Of a stretch of DNA of 64,000 nucleotides, positions 26,093 to 40,200 are shown in pieces; the stretch's first letter is position 1, and each line of letters begins with the position of its first letter. The DNA lies in contig MU006095.1 in the NCBI GenBank assembly GCA_010093705.1, forward strand, positions 806,001 to 870,000, in the 5' to 3' direction. The notes beneath the pieces were generated by a model. It was given only the letters and a program-made list of their open reading frames with translations. It ran no database searches and was not told the origin of the DNA. Both the position numbers and the translations under genes were made by a program. The DNA comes from Patellaria atrata CBS 101060. Lineage: Eukaryota.

Positions 26093-28454
26093 ATGGCAAC
26101 TGCGACACAACTCATGCCTTCGCCAGGGCTGCAGAGCGCGTTTTCGCCGTACACAGATTCCCCCGCGTCTCCAGCCCCCTTTCCTTTCCCGCATTCGAAT
26201 CGGTGAGCAAGGTGGTACACTTGGGAACTTTCTCCGACTAACCTGATCTATAAGAAATTCCGGACCATCTGATTCGTTGCTACATCCGCCCAAATCCCCC
26301 TATCCGGTGGTAGAGCCTTCTCCGGTTGATAGTAATGGAACGGAAATAGAAGATGTAGAACAAGAAGATGAAGATGAAGGAGACATCAGGTCACCCTTAG
26401 ATATAGATATCAATAGCCCTGCCAGTCAGACCAGTCAGAGCAGCCACAAAAGCCTGGACATGGTACGCTCACACTTTACATTATGCGCCTTCTATACCTG
26501 GCGCTTATAGGGTCTATACTAATATTTTATAAAGCTTGCGAGACTGGACACCTCTATACCGGCACGATCACGAGCAGACTCTGATGAGGCTCCGCAGTCT
26601 GTCATCCATGCTCCTTCGGGGTTTAAACAATTTGTTGGTCATATCCTTCACCAACTTGTGGCCCCTAATACTGACCTTGATAGGACTCTAAAAAGGCGCC
26701 CCAACTTAAGAAGGGTCTGTCGACATCCCCTACTGATCGGATGGATAACAGCGTAGTGTCCCCAGTCACTCCGGAAAGCAATATGATCCCTGACGAAAAG
26801 GTTGGTTGCTTGGATTACAACTGACACATATCAACTGACAATGTATTGTAGCGTTCGTCTGGTGGATTTGAACCGTCTCCAATCAACACTCAGGTTCCGA
26901 AGGCCGGCGACCGAGCTACCCCCCGAGCCCAGACCCGACAAGAAGCCGAAGAGGAATGGAAGAGGAGAAGTCGAGCGAGCACAAGCTTGGAGGGTATGCT
27001 ATATGGTCTTGCTGATCGATCCGTAATATGCTAACACTCCTCTAGATATTGCAGAGCTTGATGATATCGACCGCGTAGAAGAAACAGAACTCGAAGACAA
27101 CAATGACGATCGGCTAACCACTCAAACATTAGAGAACTTCGACACATCAGCCCAGGAAGTAGCCGCCCTTCAAACTGCTCTAACAGAATGCTGGACCCTT
27201 TGCAATACGCTAGCTAATCTTAGTTCTACACACCGGGAGCGGATTTTCAACTATCATGGAAAGACCAATGTCCAAGAGTCAGCTTGGCGAAGCTGCTGGA
27301 GGCTATGCCAAAGTCTATACGAAAGTAGAAACGAAGATCACTCGACTCAAGTGAAACCGACGTTGGAGATGTGCCGAGAATTCTGTCAATCACTCTTTGA
27401 AGCACGAAGTAAAGGCGACGAAATATCTGACTCCGTTCTCCGGGTCAGTTTTGAGCTCAACAATCATCTATATAATACACAGGACCGGAATCTCCCGGAG
27501 GCTTTCCGAGAAAGAACCCTCGATTTCTACCTAACGCTTTGCCACAGGTTGATGAAACAAAGGACTTCCCTTCCGCAAGAGACAGATTCACTACTTCGAG
27601 CATGTTGGTCTTTAGCAGAAATGCTTTTCAGCCTCCGTCAAAATAAGCGTGATGGGAAACCGGCGGATGAGGAACTTCTTGGATCCGCAGTGCAAGCCTG
27701 CTGGGAACTTTGTGACCTATTCCGAGAAGGTTGGACCCAAATTCGACCAGATAGGGGCACACCACGACCGAGTCAATCGACGTTTTCCTCATCATACACG
27801 TCTCCTTTCGGCTCCCACATGACCCCATCTGAGCGTTCATCATCTCAAACCGAGAGCTACCACAGTGCTCCATCGATTCCCCCTGAAACGCCGACTACCA
27901 TCTTCGACGATTCGACCAGTGTAGGAGACCTGTCACCTGATGAACCGAATGTACCAAATATTCTCGTCTTAGGTCCGGAGAATAGCTCGACGAGGACACA
28001 TAACCGATGGTCGTCAGCTGCGTCTACCTTGTCCGGGTATTCCGAATCTTCCCAACGTACATCCTCCACAGCAACTGCTGGCCGCGAAGACTCTCGGACC
28101 GTCGCAGTAAAAGGCCTCATCCTCAAAGCTGCCCAAAACGCCGGCTTTACCCGTAACTCTGGTAATCCTCTCGCGACGTTTGTCAAAGCCCTTCCATCGA
28201 ATTCGTTCGGCACGCTACCCTGGCAGGTAAAACTTTTGGAAAATTACAGGAAGCTAGTGCTCTCGGATCCGACACTACGAGGTTCTCCAACCAACCTGCC
28301 GTCACGGAGGTTTTCTGCGGTTGATGTGGCGAGAGGTGTACAACAGATCGGACGGAGCGAGCAGCTTTCTTGGTTGAGAGATTTGTATAGGAATGTCTTT
28401 GGGTTCTTGCCGGAGGACTCGCCACAGAGGAAGAACGTTACTATTCAGACATAA
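26093..28454 (+). CDS. Uncharacterised fungal protein with acidic/Ser-rich N-terminus and helical core, 6 exons
   Basis: ATG 26093 and five canonical introns with branch sites. Last exon about 27047-28454 contains EVAALQTALTECWTLCNTLANLS, SVLRVSFELNNHLY and SAVQACWELCDLFREGWTQIRPDRGTPRP. Confidence 0.85.
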
Positions 28455-29819
28455 TCCGAATCCAAAGTAACAAAGTCCTTGAATATACCCATGATATTTT
28501 ACGTATTTCACTAACCTTCCGTTTCAATTTACCATCTACCACACACGCATCATTTACACCATTTAATACACCATTTTTCACCATCAGAAGTAATCACCAG
28601 CTGAATATACTTCGACGACCTTGCAACTCATTGTCTTTTCCTTTGAAGTAACATGGGTCGTTTGCGCTGGATTCCATTGCGTCTTTACATCTTCGACAGT
28701 TTGCTAGATACCCTTTCCACTCGCTCTACTCTTGCATTTTTGTCATTTCCTCGATCCTCGCCCCAATCATCTCATTTCATTTGTCTCATTTCTGTTTATT
28801 TGCCTTTTCGGACGGGGGCAATGGGAGGTGGTACTCTGAGCGAAATCTGTCTATAAGCGTGGAGGGGAATAGAAAGTCGTCATTGGGGTTGGTGGTTGGA
28901 TTTCCCTTTGCTTTATTAAACCTTATCATACGCTGCCGATATCTTTTCGTGTTTTTAATTTGTGTTTGATGGGTCGATGGGGCTCCGCAGGGCGTTTTTG
29001 GTGAGAATCTTGAACCCTTATGTGTTTTGCGGTATCTTCACGACTATACTTATCCCACTTTTATTAAATATTCGATTGACTGGTTTTCATGGCTGGTGTG
29101 GTACACGGTAGTCTGGTAGGGCAGAGAATGCTTGATAGAGGAGAGCGAATATACCTTGCTTCTTTCTACTTGCTCATCCCCCGTCTGTGATCTTACTCTC
29201 TCATTTCTCTGCTTCGTGTGACGTTCGTGCTTCGAATATTTCCTACCGTCATCTTACTCACTCAAGCCCCGCCAGCTCTGCGCGATGTCAGACGCCCTTG
29301 GCCATTCAAGTACGGGAGTCCCCCGGCGTTGCCAGCCGTTAGTATCAGCTCCACATCGCCGTAGGCTGTACATTTACTTTAGAGACATCTTTATTCGTTA
29401 TACGGAGTCTGGAGTTTGGACCGCGCCCGGGGTTTAGATACTACAGCGTGTACGAGTATACCAAGGGTAGAGTGTGCGGGAGCGGGAGGTGGCATTGAAG
29501 ATTTCAAGACAATGACCGGCGAGCCGTGCGATACTGACAGGAGATAAAAGAATGGCGTGTACTTAAGCTGCACAAGGGGATTGAAAAAGGGGGGGTAGGA
29601 GTACAGTAGAGAAAGGAGACGCGATTCTCATTTACCATTTGATTGTTTAGATCCTGCTGAACATGCAAAAGTAAGGGTCCCAAAACCCCCCAACGCACCG
29701 TATATGCATAACATAGTAGGTAAACAGCAACTAGATCTCATCACCAGACACGAACCCCCTTCCCCTTTTTACCCCCTTGCCCCTTCTCCCTTCTCCAATC
29801 CCCCATCACGCCCCCCCCA

Positions 29820-31488
29820 CTACCGCGTATACTCTCTCTGCAAAAGCCTCCCAATAGTAGTAAGCTGAATATTGCTCGTACCCTCATAAATCGCCCCGAT
29901 CTTGCTATCGCGCCAATACTTCTCCGCGAGCCCTTCCCTCACGAATCCCATGCCGCCCATCCACTCGACCGCCTGCCCTGACACCTGACCCGCGACCTGG
30001 CTCGCGAAGAGCTTGGCCATGGCGGCGTCCTGGACGAAGTCCTGCCCGGCTTCCTTCTTGCGCGCGGCGTTGTAGACGAGGGCGCGCGCGGCTTGGAGGT
30101 GCGTCCAGGCTTGGGCGAGCTGGTGCTGCATCGATTGGAAGGAGCCGATCTTTTGGCCGAATTGGGAGCGGTCGTTGAAGCAGTAGCTGGATTTTTAGTT
30201 TTTGCGTTTGGATTTTCTGTGTTTTTTTGGGTTGTGGTGGAACGGGGCGGGGTTTGGAAAAAAGGGGTATTAAACTGGATAGGGGTAATTGGATATGAGG
30301 GACTTACTTGGCCGCATTCTCCCACGCGCCCCACGCCAACCCTGTCATCTGCGCCGCGATTCCAATTCTGCCCTCGTTCAGGAGGCCAATCGCATACTTA
30401 TACCCCTGGCCCTCCTCACCGAGCAGATTCTCCTTCGGGATCTCCACATCATCGAAAGTAATTACGCAGGTAGAGCTCGCCTTGATGCCGAGTTTCTTCT
30501 CCTTCTTCGCGATTTCGAAACCTGGGGTCCCCTTTTCGAGGATGAAGGCCGTAATCCCTTTGTAACCCTTTGAGGGGTCCAGGTTGGCGAAGACTATGAA
30601 GAAACCAGCTTCCATGCTATTGGTTATCCACATCTTTGAGCCGTTGAGTTTGTAGCCGGAGTCCGTCTTTACGGCTTTTGTTGCTAGAGCGAAAGCATCT
30701 GAGCCAGATACAGGCTCGGAGAGGCAGAAGGATCCTGTGAGAAGGAGTTTAGTATTCGTTCATCTGACGAATTGCACCTAGTTCTTCGTCCTGGGGGGAC
30801 CAGTTGCAAAGATATGATCATAGTAGTAGATGGAATTGACTCACCAACGGTATCCGTCGCTAACCTCGGTAACCACTTCTTCTTAATCGCCTCACTCCCA
30901 TATTTCAACACCGCCGTATTGACCAGCGTATTATGCACATCGCACATAACGCTCACACTCGGGTCCACTCTTGCCAGTTCCTCAATCGCCACAATCGCCG
31001 CTGTGAAGTTCATCCCGGCACCTCCGTACTCTTCTGGGATCTCAATTCCCATGAGCCCCTGCTCGAACATGTGCTCGACGATCGCGGGGTCCATTTTCTC
31101 GGTTTCATCCATTTCGCGGACTTTGGGGAGGATAACCTCGTTCGCGAATTTGGAGACGGAGTCTGCCATCAGGGCTTCGATTTCGGAGCGGTGGGAGATT
31201 GGGGTTGGTGGGATGTCGGTGAGGTCCAGGGGCTCACCCTTTGTGACGCTGAGGTAAGGGCGGGTGGTGGAGAGGTATCGTGAGCTGTTGCGTAGGGGTT
31301 TCAATTAGCAGCTATCTTCCCGTCCGACATTCTTTCAAAGCCTGAACAGCTCATAGAGACGTAAGAGTTCCATGACCGACTTACTGAGGAACGTTGTATC
31401 TCCGTCTCGTAGCTCTTAATGCGGGAGATCTCGAGCTAGAGGTAGCAACACGTGCTAGAGGACGTAAAGTCTTTGATATCGAAGCCAT
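29820..31488 (-). CDS. Mitochondrial short/branched-chain acyl-CoA dehydrogenase
   Basis: Presequence [18 protein letters not shown] from ATG 31488. [48 protein letters not shown] and [17 protein letters not shown] motifs. Four introns. Confidence 0.95.
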
Positions 31489-33339
31489 AATTGCGCAGTA
31501 TGTGGATGAGGATTCGGAATACACAGCGAGTATACAAAAAGGCGAAATCAATACCAGCAACAGTAGTTGACGTTCGTGACTGTAGATATCCGGTTAACCT
31601 CGGCCTAACCCGCCTCCTTGGCCTTCCGTCTTCTCCACGGGTCAACATTTCAGCGAGCGGTGTAGTCAAACTCAAGACTTCAAGGCACGTGATGTTAGAA
31701 TTTAGTGCATCTTTACGGTTCCAAGCCATCCCAAAAGCTCCCTAACATTTAGCACATGAACCATCCAAAAATCACCTCCTTGATCCTCATTAGAGTCCTC
31801 ACGAACCGCTCCGCTACCTTATTAGTTCCAAGGTCAGTTGAGGACAGCCTGACTCGGACTGAAACCGAATTAGCGGTTCTGAACTCCACCCTTTCCGTGC
31901 CTCTCTGAGCTACTATATCATACCGTGAGTCCACTTTACGACATGACGGTAGCAAAAATCCCAACATCAAACCTACCTTTGTAACGGTGAAATAAACAAG
32001 CGACCTAACCAATCTGCTCCCATCCCTAGAACCTCGAATGTAAGTATAAGGTTGCTTTAGCTTCTAACATACTTTCACCCCCTCCTTTGCCCTAATCCTT
32101 TACCGGCGCATCAGGCCCATTTGTATACGGAGTACGATCTCGGCTAAACTCTAAATATTCTACGATGTCCACGAGGTTGCCGCGACACGCGTATGTGGCT
32201 TCCTGTGCGGCAGATCTGGTATTTGCCTGATTGGAGCTGAGATGATTCCGGTGTGCGGCGTGGGGCGCCTTGGAGGATTTTTTTAAGAGTATATTTTTTG
32301 AGGCGTTGGGACATCGGATGAAGAGCTTAATCAAGCTGGATCTTGAACTGTTAGCGCAACATTTGGGAAGTCTGACAATGCTTGAGAGATTTGATAGTGC
32401 TCGGGATTGAGCTAAGGATCTTTCGGTTTGTAATATGTTAGAATAGTGGGCTTAGCAGCGGTGATAATCATGTTAGACGCGGAGACCTAAATAGGTGAAG
32501 CTGAAGGTGTTGATTGCAGTCGCTATAGAAATCCAAACTCGAAGCCGAAAACGCGTAGTGGAGTATGAAACAGAAATCTGAAGAAATGCACCATTTTCAA
32601 GTTATGTGAATATACCGAAACATAAACCTATCAAGAGGCTCTGTGCATATGATGCTTCCATTAAAATCGAATTTGAGCGCCACAAGGTGTCATCACCAAA
32701 ATGCCCCTGCTGGATTCAATGCAAATTCCACCTCTTCGATCCATCCAACGACTCCATATGAATAATGATCTTGACGGTCCGTAAACGCCTTTGTACAGAT
32801 AAAGGTAAGGACCCTATTTGATTTTTCAAAACCCGCTCATCAACGAAGAAGACAAAAGAAAGGAAATCAGAACATGTCCCGCTTTTGCTCGACACCATGT
32901 GGGGGATATAGGCAGGAACAGTACATGCTCCTACTCTCGATGCCGTCGAATATGAGAAAGTAATCGAAGCAAAGGTCTTAATAAGTCCGCCGGGGATATC
33001 ATGCGGTGAAGTGCTGGAGCAAAGCTGAATAGATCTCAGAAAGCCAACCAGGGATCATCTGCTACAACACAGTATCAACACGAGGCCAATGAGAAAAGAG
33101 TTCTATATATTGGGTTGGACGGAGTAAGAGTCCCCCTACTCTCTCTGTCGAACGAGGCACATGGTTCCATGTTTCGACTTGGTTCCTAGCGGCGCGGGGC
33201 GAAATATGGGTGATACTTGGAATTCGCGTGGACGCGGGCAATGGATGGTTTCATATCTAGCTTCCATCCGACCTTTATGCAGGTTCATATTAGATATTAT
33301 AAGGTACAGTGTCGTTACGTTCGTTCAAACTTAGGTTCA

Positions 33340-34771
33340 TCATTGTTGTGGCCGTCTAGCGGTCCAGATATGTCTACCAAGATTAGTCTCCGTCTTTCTA
33401 TTCGGGTGCGACCAGCAAACTTACATATTGTTGTATGCGTGTACTTTCTTTGAGCAAATCACACTGCGCACCTGGTTGACTAGGGGCCGAACATGCTGGT
33501 CTGCATCCCAACGGTTCACCCTAGTTAAAGGTGCTAAGCTTAGAGCTTCCAAACCCTCAGTTATGCCCAAGTTGTACCACCGGCCAATTTCTTTCTGATG
33601 TGGATCCGCAGGCCAGGCATTGTAGGGAGCGCGAATGATTGTCTCTTGAATGTCAATGAAGCCTGCAGCCGAGAGCATTGCTCGAGTATTATGCTGGTAC
33701 GCGATTGGTCGAGCGACACGAGCGGTGGCATCCGCCAGGTAATGATACCATTGAAGTAGCGGTGAGTCGGGCAGTAACGTCCCATCATCGCAACGAGGTT
33801 CAAGATCGATTTCCACTTGCTCCACGTAGCCATATCCCGGCTTAAGATGTCTGAGAAAAAGATGAACGTCAGTAAGTCGTGGCCATGCATAAGCGGGTGG
33901 TTTGGATCATGTCCGCGGGTAAGGCATACGTGAAGATCTTTTGATATAGTTCCGGCCAGCTGGATACGCTTCCGCTTCCCATTCGTAGATGGATTAGATC
34001 CCACGAATCCTCTCCAAGCGACCAGATTCCTTCGTAATCGCGGTGAACTCGAAACCGCAAATTCGGAGGAATTCTACAAACCATTAGAAAAGAGAAAAAA
34101 TTGCCTTGGGACCGCACACTCACTTTTCAGGTTGAATATTTACGAGATCTAGGCCCAGAACCTTTGAAAGTGTGAGTTAGTTTGTCAATCGTGAAATACG
34201 AATTCTGGATTGGAATCTCTTGGGTGCTTTGCTAACCTCCGCATGTGGATATTTACTGTGTGGAAGTACGAATTAGCAACTCTCTTCCAAATTTTACGCT
34301 CAAAGGACGAATGCAACGCGAGAACTCACTCTGCCATATCAATCGCCCAGATTCCAGTACCACAGCCCAAATCGAGAATACGAGGGTTCTCATATGCTGA
34401 AGGATTTATGGGTGCTTGATGCAAAATATCTCTGCGCGCGACGAGGAAGAGTTTGTGGTACATGTCCATACGGTCTTTCTCCGCCTACGTAGCGAGCTGG
34501 GTTAGGATGGCATTCGTGCGAATTGATTGGCGGTGCAGTATTCTCTTACCTCGTCGCACGGATATTGGTAAATTCCCTTTCTGAAGCCATGATACAATCG
34601 GCCATTCTCGTGATAGTTCTGGGGAGAGGCAACTGACTGACTAAATTTCGCAAGCCCGTCAGCATCCATCTCTCTGATTTTTTTGGGTTTCTCGGTCTTA
34701 GGGGCTTTGTGCCCGCAAGAGCCCGAATTTCGGAATGAGTGCGCTTACCCGTTCGTCGCCATTGTAACCAT
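33340..34771 (-). CDS. laeA: LaeA/Lae1 SAM-dependent methyltransferase, velvet-complex global regulator of secondary metabolism, about 8 exons
   Basis: Spliced: (MVT)[120 protein letters not shown]. In-frame AUGs at 34771 and 34762. 19-nt exon at 34237-34255. Confidence 0.92.
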
Positions 34772-37073
34772 TGGAGGCGATTATCTTTTTGTAGGTTGAC
34801 GGATTGGAAGAGTGGAAAGGTTGTGAAGGGGGAGAATGTGAAAGAGGAGAGGGTGTTACAAGAATAAAAGTGTGGGCGGATGATAGATCATGGGACGGGG
34901 CCTGCAGGAAATGGAAATGGGAATGGGAAAGGTGAACGTGTGCTTGGATATATTACCGGGGGGCAGGAGGGGTGGGTTTTGATTTCTAAATGCCTGCACC
35001 GCTACTGCCCTGAGCGCTGTGAACGGGGCAGACCCACGGCAGCTTCGACCCAGAACGAAAGCCAAAATGGAAGTGACCCTGCGCGACCAGCGGCGGCGGG
35101 ATGCAAAGCACTTTGAAGCAGGGTAACAGGGTTGGATTTCTTTTAGGGGAGAGAGGGGTGTTTTCGCTCGAGCAAGGGTACGGAGTAGAGGGTAAAAGAT
35201 TTTTGTGTTATAAATTGAAGGGATGAGTAGAGAGTGCTGGGCTGTTTGGCTTGCCGCAAGCTAAACGGCTCCTCTACCTGTTTGTCGGTGCCGCCGGATT
35301 TTACTGGAAAGTTAGTGTAATCGCTGAATTGCTTGAAGGTAAAGGTAATCTATGCTGAAAGGTGAGGCGAGACGAGACGGAAAATAAAGTATAGGTACAA
35401 CACGTTGTAGAGCGTAGCGGGAACACCAACAAAATCGAAAGATTGAAGCAAAGAATATATCTTTTCCTTTTCCAGGGTTTTGTGTGGTATTTAGAGTACC
35501 ACATCATTCACGGCCATGAAAAGAGCGACACAAGGCCCGGCATTTGGAACAGGTCTCTGCCCAGCTCATGGATGCTCCAATGTTCGGCGCTGACGCCCGT
35601 TCTTTGACGCTGGCGTCCTCTTTTAGAGGCGTTATTTTGGGCCTCTTTCTCGGGTATGTGTATGACCTGGATTTTATTTTGCATCGCAATCGACTCTAGT
35701 CACTCCATCGTGAGCTTTTTTTTTTTTCATCTGCACCTCTGCCACTGTTGCAGGTTGAAAGTTGTGGCTGGCAGAAAAGGGCACCAAGGTATCAAGCACG
35801 CGCATAAGGACTTTTGTAAAAGAAGACTAAAAGAAGCATCCCGGACAGATGAGAACAGAAATGCTCGTTCATGCCGCGCTGCTTCGGAGGCCCTGCCCGC
35901 TTGTCTTGCCTCGCTCATCGGTCACTGTCCTGTTGTCGCTCATCGCTCGTCACCATTATTACCTTCTTTGCACATTCGCGCGCCATAACTTAAATTATAC
36001 AACGCCGCGGACAGACGTCCGGATTTGGTTGTGATTGATCCCCATGTCTCTCGTTGGGAGCCGGCCAAAGTAGGTTTCGGGCAAGGTGACCCGAGGGTAC
36101 GCCAGTCCGTAACTTTGGCACAACCCGTACGAAGTTACTGGCTTGCTGAGGTGTCCCGTGTCTGCAGACGGGTATGATTGCTGTTCCGCGACGGATGATG
36201 CGCCTCATCCATATTTTGGTGTTTTCCTTCTGTCGAAAACTGGAAGCGTACCATTCTTTTTCCATCTTTCCCAACACCTCTTTGTGGGTATATATTATGG
36301 ATGATAGACTAATAGTAGACGGCGACGTGCGGAGAAGGCGTTCATAGGGTGACGAGCGAACGGAGCTGGAGTACCGTAGTTCAGCAGTAGTTTGGACACT
36401 TGAGAATTTGCTAGAACACTTTGGTTGTGGTAGCTGTTAGTGGTAAGGTATTGTCTGCGGTAGTCAATCACACTTGAGGTGGTCAGTTAGGCCGTCGGGG
36501 CTGCCAAATAATAAATTAGAACAGTTTTTCATGCCCGATATCACTTCTCGATCTAAAAGATGAAGTATTCCATGCAATGATACTATTAACCATCTCAAAT
36601 CAAAAGCTGTGCTATCTCCTGCTGTCTAATATGACCGGTATCTCATCATAGCCTTCACCGTCCTTAGTACTTTCTTGTTTGTATCTCTTCAATGTCCAGG
36701 ATTCTGAGCGACTGAGGGTAGTGGGCGTCGACGGAGTGCTCGTAAAGCGGTCACCACTGACCCTTAGTGTGACCCATCAGCCAGTCTGTCGGGATGGCAA
36801 GTCGAGCTTCCTGGAGTGAACGTCGTATCTGTTTGGAGCATATTAAATGCCCCATCTCGGCCAAGATTCGCTTTACTTATACCGGTTAGGCGCAACAACG
36901 CATTCCGGAAACGCTACCTTCTTGAGCACGGGCTTGGTTGAGAACTCTAGAACTATCATAGTTAGATGAGAAAGGTTAGATACCTTATTTCAGACAACTA
37001 ATTTTGCTCTCATCATTTCTCTCACACGCTGAAACGCGTTAATCCTTAAGGTATCCTTTGTGGTCTAACGTGT

Positions 37074-37225
37074 CTTCTGAGTTCATATTCCTTACGCTTA
37101 TGCAAGACCAATGTTGGATTAAGCATAGAAGCTCAACCCGCTTTAGCGCGTACCTATTCTTGGTTACAAACCAAGCCCAACTGAACATTAGTTCTGCATA
37201 AGCGTAAGAAATATATACTCAGAAG
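37074..37225. repeat. Imperfect inverted repeat, 42-bp arms (hairpin)
   Basis: Arms 37074-37115 and 37184-37225 pair at 36 of 42 positions by Watson-Crick rules (manual alignment). Confidence 0.85.
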
Positions 37226-40200
37226 GTACCGTACAGAGAAGGTACGGTAGCGGTACAGTATCCCGAGCTATCTGTTCCATTTCCGTCGGTTTCGCACACA
37301 ACCTAAACAAGAAACATGCCAGATACCCTACCTTGAACTGTTCTCCCGGCTATTGACGGCAATTTATATCACCAACATAGGAACAATTATGCATCTTGAG
37401 TAACATTCTCTAGTTCTAATACTGGTGGTAAACTGCCAAGCGGCAGCTCTAGTATTTTATGGATTAGGTCCGATCCTCATACGCTCAAGTCCTGTGCTCA
37501 TCCTTACTAAACGAGACCGGGTAGCAATGTACTGTAGTGAGCATCAGGTCCCTTAAATCCTGCCCGAGTCGCAGGACTACCAGTCTCCTGGATTGAAAGC
37601 ATCCTTCGAAGGACCACACGATCTTCATCAGCTGAAGCATCTCTATCCGGATTCAATTACATTTCGGGAGCGATTACTTGACCGAACTAAAGGAACTGCT
37701 CAGGATCCTCTACCTAACGCGTACCAATTATGCCCAGTACGTAAAAGTTGATGACACAAAATCGCAAGGTTACTCCTTACCGCTCCGCATGCACAACGCT
37801 GATGTAGACAAGTCCAGAGTCCCATGATGTCTCCCAGTCAATTTTCTCTGTAACAGATTGGATCTTGAAACGTTGCACGAAGGCTACATAGCATCTACCG
37901 TTTACCCGGACATGCGGTGGTCTGATCCGGGGAATTTAATTCATTGCTCACTGCAGCTGCAAGATGCCGAGAACGTGCTGTAGTGCCGCACAATCTGCAA
38001 ATTCAAAAAGACTTAGAGCCATGTGCTACGCTTCGAGTGCTGTGAAGTAGGTACGGGTTCTGCAAAAAGGGGCGCCGCTCGTCATTGCCTTAGCCCGAGA
38101 CGGGCGGTTTCCCGTCTCAAACGTGTTGCTACACCGCAGCGAATGCAATGTCAGAATCAAAGGCAAAAGCAGGATCATTGCATGCGGGCTCATGAAACCA
38201 TGACGGAGGGCAACAATTCGATCGGAGATGTTGTGAGCTCTGCAGCAGGAGAGTTCTGACACCATCGGGTCTTCCGTCATAGGTCTCGCACACTTGAACG
38301 GTCTGAGGCATTTTCCGACCCGGTAATCTGGTCGGGAACCAGATCTATGGGTGACAGGAGCGGACAAGGCGCAAGCGAAGCAAATGAATCTCCAACATTG
38401 GCTGATCTGCCGTATGGATGAGACCTCTATCCCGCGCTATTACTCGCCTCCGTCAGGGGGGCATTCTCCATTTGTCTTATGACTGGCAGCAACGCCATCT
38501 CCGCAGCTTTGAAAACATACTTTCCATTATTGTACGAATGTCGGCGTTTGTTGCCCCAAGCTGGAGTAACTCATATTGTATGAAAGCTGACATGCTCCCT
38601 TGGCGAGAAAGCGGTAAGGAGAGCCACTTTTCCTAATATAGCAAAGTAGGTATTCCGTACTTAGGCCGAAGTTGGGAAACGACACAATTATAGTTCAAGC
38701 AAACATGAGATCTGGATTGTGGGTAGTTATGAGTCTACGACGCATAAGGCTTGCATATGGAGTTTCGAAGACCTTAGCACAAGCCACGAGGTTACTTCAG
38801 ATGACAGGTTTGCGATAGTAAATTCGGAATGGATTAATTTAATCCCTATTGTTTAGCGGTAATGTATTACTCCATAATGTCGATACCATAATTTTTGCGG
38901 CGCTAACTTCGTTCATTAATATCATTACATACATACACAAAGAAGCTGATCTAAAGGGCTAGGCGACCAACTAAACTTTCAAATGGACTTGAAAGCTAAA
39001 TTTAGATAGTAAATTCACCGAACATCTCTCGAACGATAAATAGCAAATGCTAAAAGTCGGTGTTCTAGTGCCAGTTACTGACAAATAAAGTACGCGGGTT
39101 TATTAGAGATACGCTCTACTGCCAAGATTATGCACAAGATGTGAGAGATACCACCTCATGACAGTTGTCGATCGTGGTGATTCGAGTTGAAGATCCTGAG
39201 CACATCAAGAATCGGTCGCGAGTTCGATGTGATGTTCGGTGCAGAATGACTACTGCACCGTACTGCTGGCAGTACTGCATTGTGATTCGATTTGCATGAT
39301 GGTGAGCCATTCATCGCTTGCTGAAGCCAAAGTCAATTTTTGGTTTTCTGGAGCTTACAAGGGCCTTGTGGCCTTGTGCCGCTGGGGAAGACGCATCGGG
39401 CGAAGCTTTCAGGACCTTGCACTTTTACTATTAGACAAGATCAGCAGAACGGGATGCAGCTGCTTCCGGAACTCCCGTCCAAAAGCATAGAGGAGATGAA
39501 AAATAACAGCTCGCAACTTTCGCAAGCCACGCAGTACCATGTGGGCGGATCGATTTACCGTGACAATGGTTGAGCTGTCGGACCTTTTAGCCCTAGCCAG
39601 CCTTCCTCCCTCTGGGCCGTTAATAAGCCAGCGTGTCCACTCATAGACTTGGCCAGTTGTCCATAACTTCCTCTCTAGTGAGGGACTCATACCCGGTACA
39701 ATCGGTTGTCTCTTCAGTGACCCCCTCCGTGATGGTACAGTCAATGTCCATAGAAGAAAAGATATATTCTCGAGTGCGGAGTTTTTTTGCATGATCCAGA
39801 ATACGAAGGCGACCGTATCACGCGTGTATGGGAAGGCACGGTTACAATCGTTATTGGGGAGGCGAATATACGGCCAAGGGTGCCAGCGGGGTGGATCTGT
39901 GCCTAATATAGGGCAACCTTGCCTTAATCTGAGAGCTTTTGGTGTGGAGACTGGGGACAACATTTTGTGATGTATCGCATTTTTCATCGCAGTTGGGCGG
40001 CGACAAGCCCCAGTTCGGCTTGTTGCTCTTTCGTCTCAACTCGGGACGATGTCCGTCCTCCTTAGCAAGCGCACACTATCCACAAACCTCCTACAAGGCC
40101 CCTTCTGCTCCCCTCGCTCTCGGTTTTGCCTTAGCAAAGTCTTTTGATGACCTCCCCGCATCCATGATGGGGTGGTATGCAGGTCAGCTTTCGACACTCA

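Noticed and set aside
31750..32410. Splice-like signals and short open frames between the acyl-CoA dehydrogenase and laeA
   Set aside because: No consistent reading frame can be assembled on either strand.
39409..39987. 192-aa minus-strand ORF in the laeA upstream region
   Set aside because: No recognisable motif, random-looking composition and no supporting gene structure.
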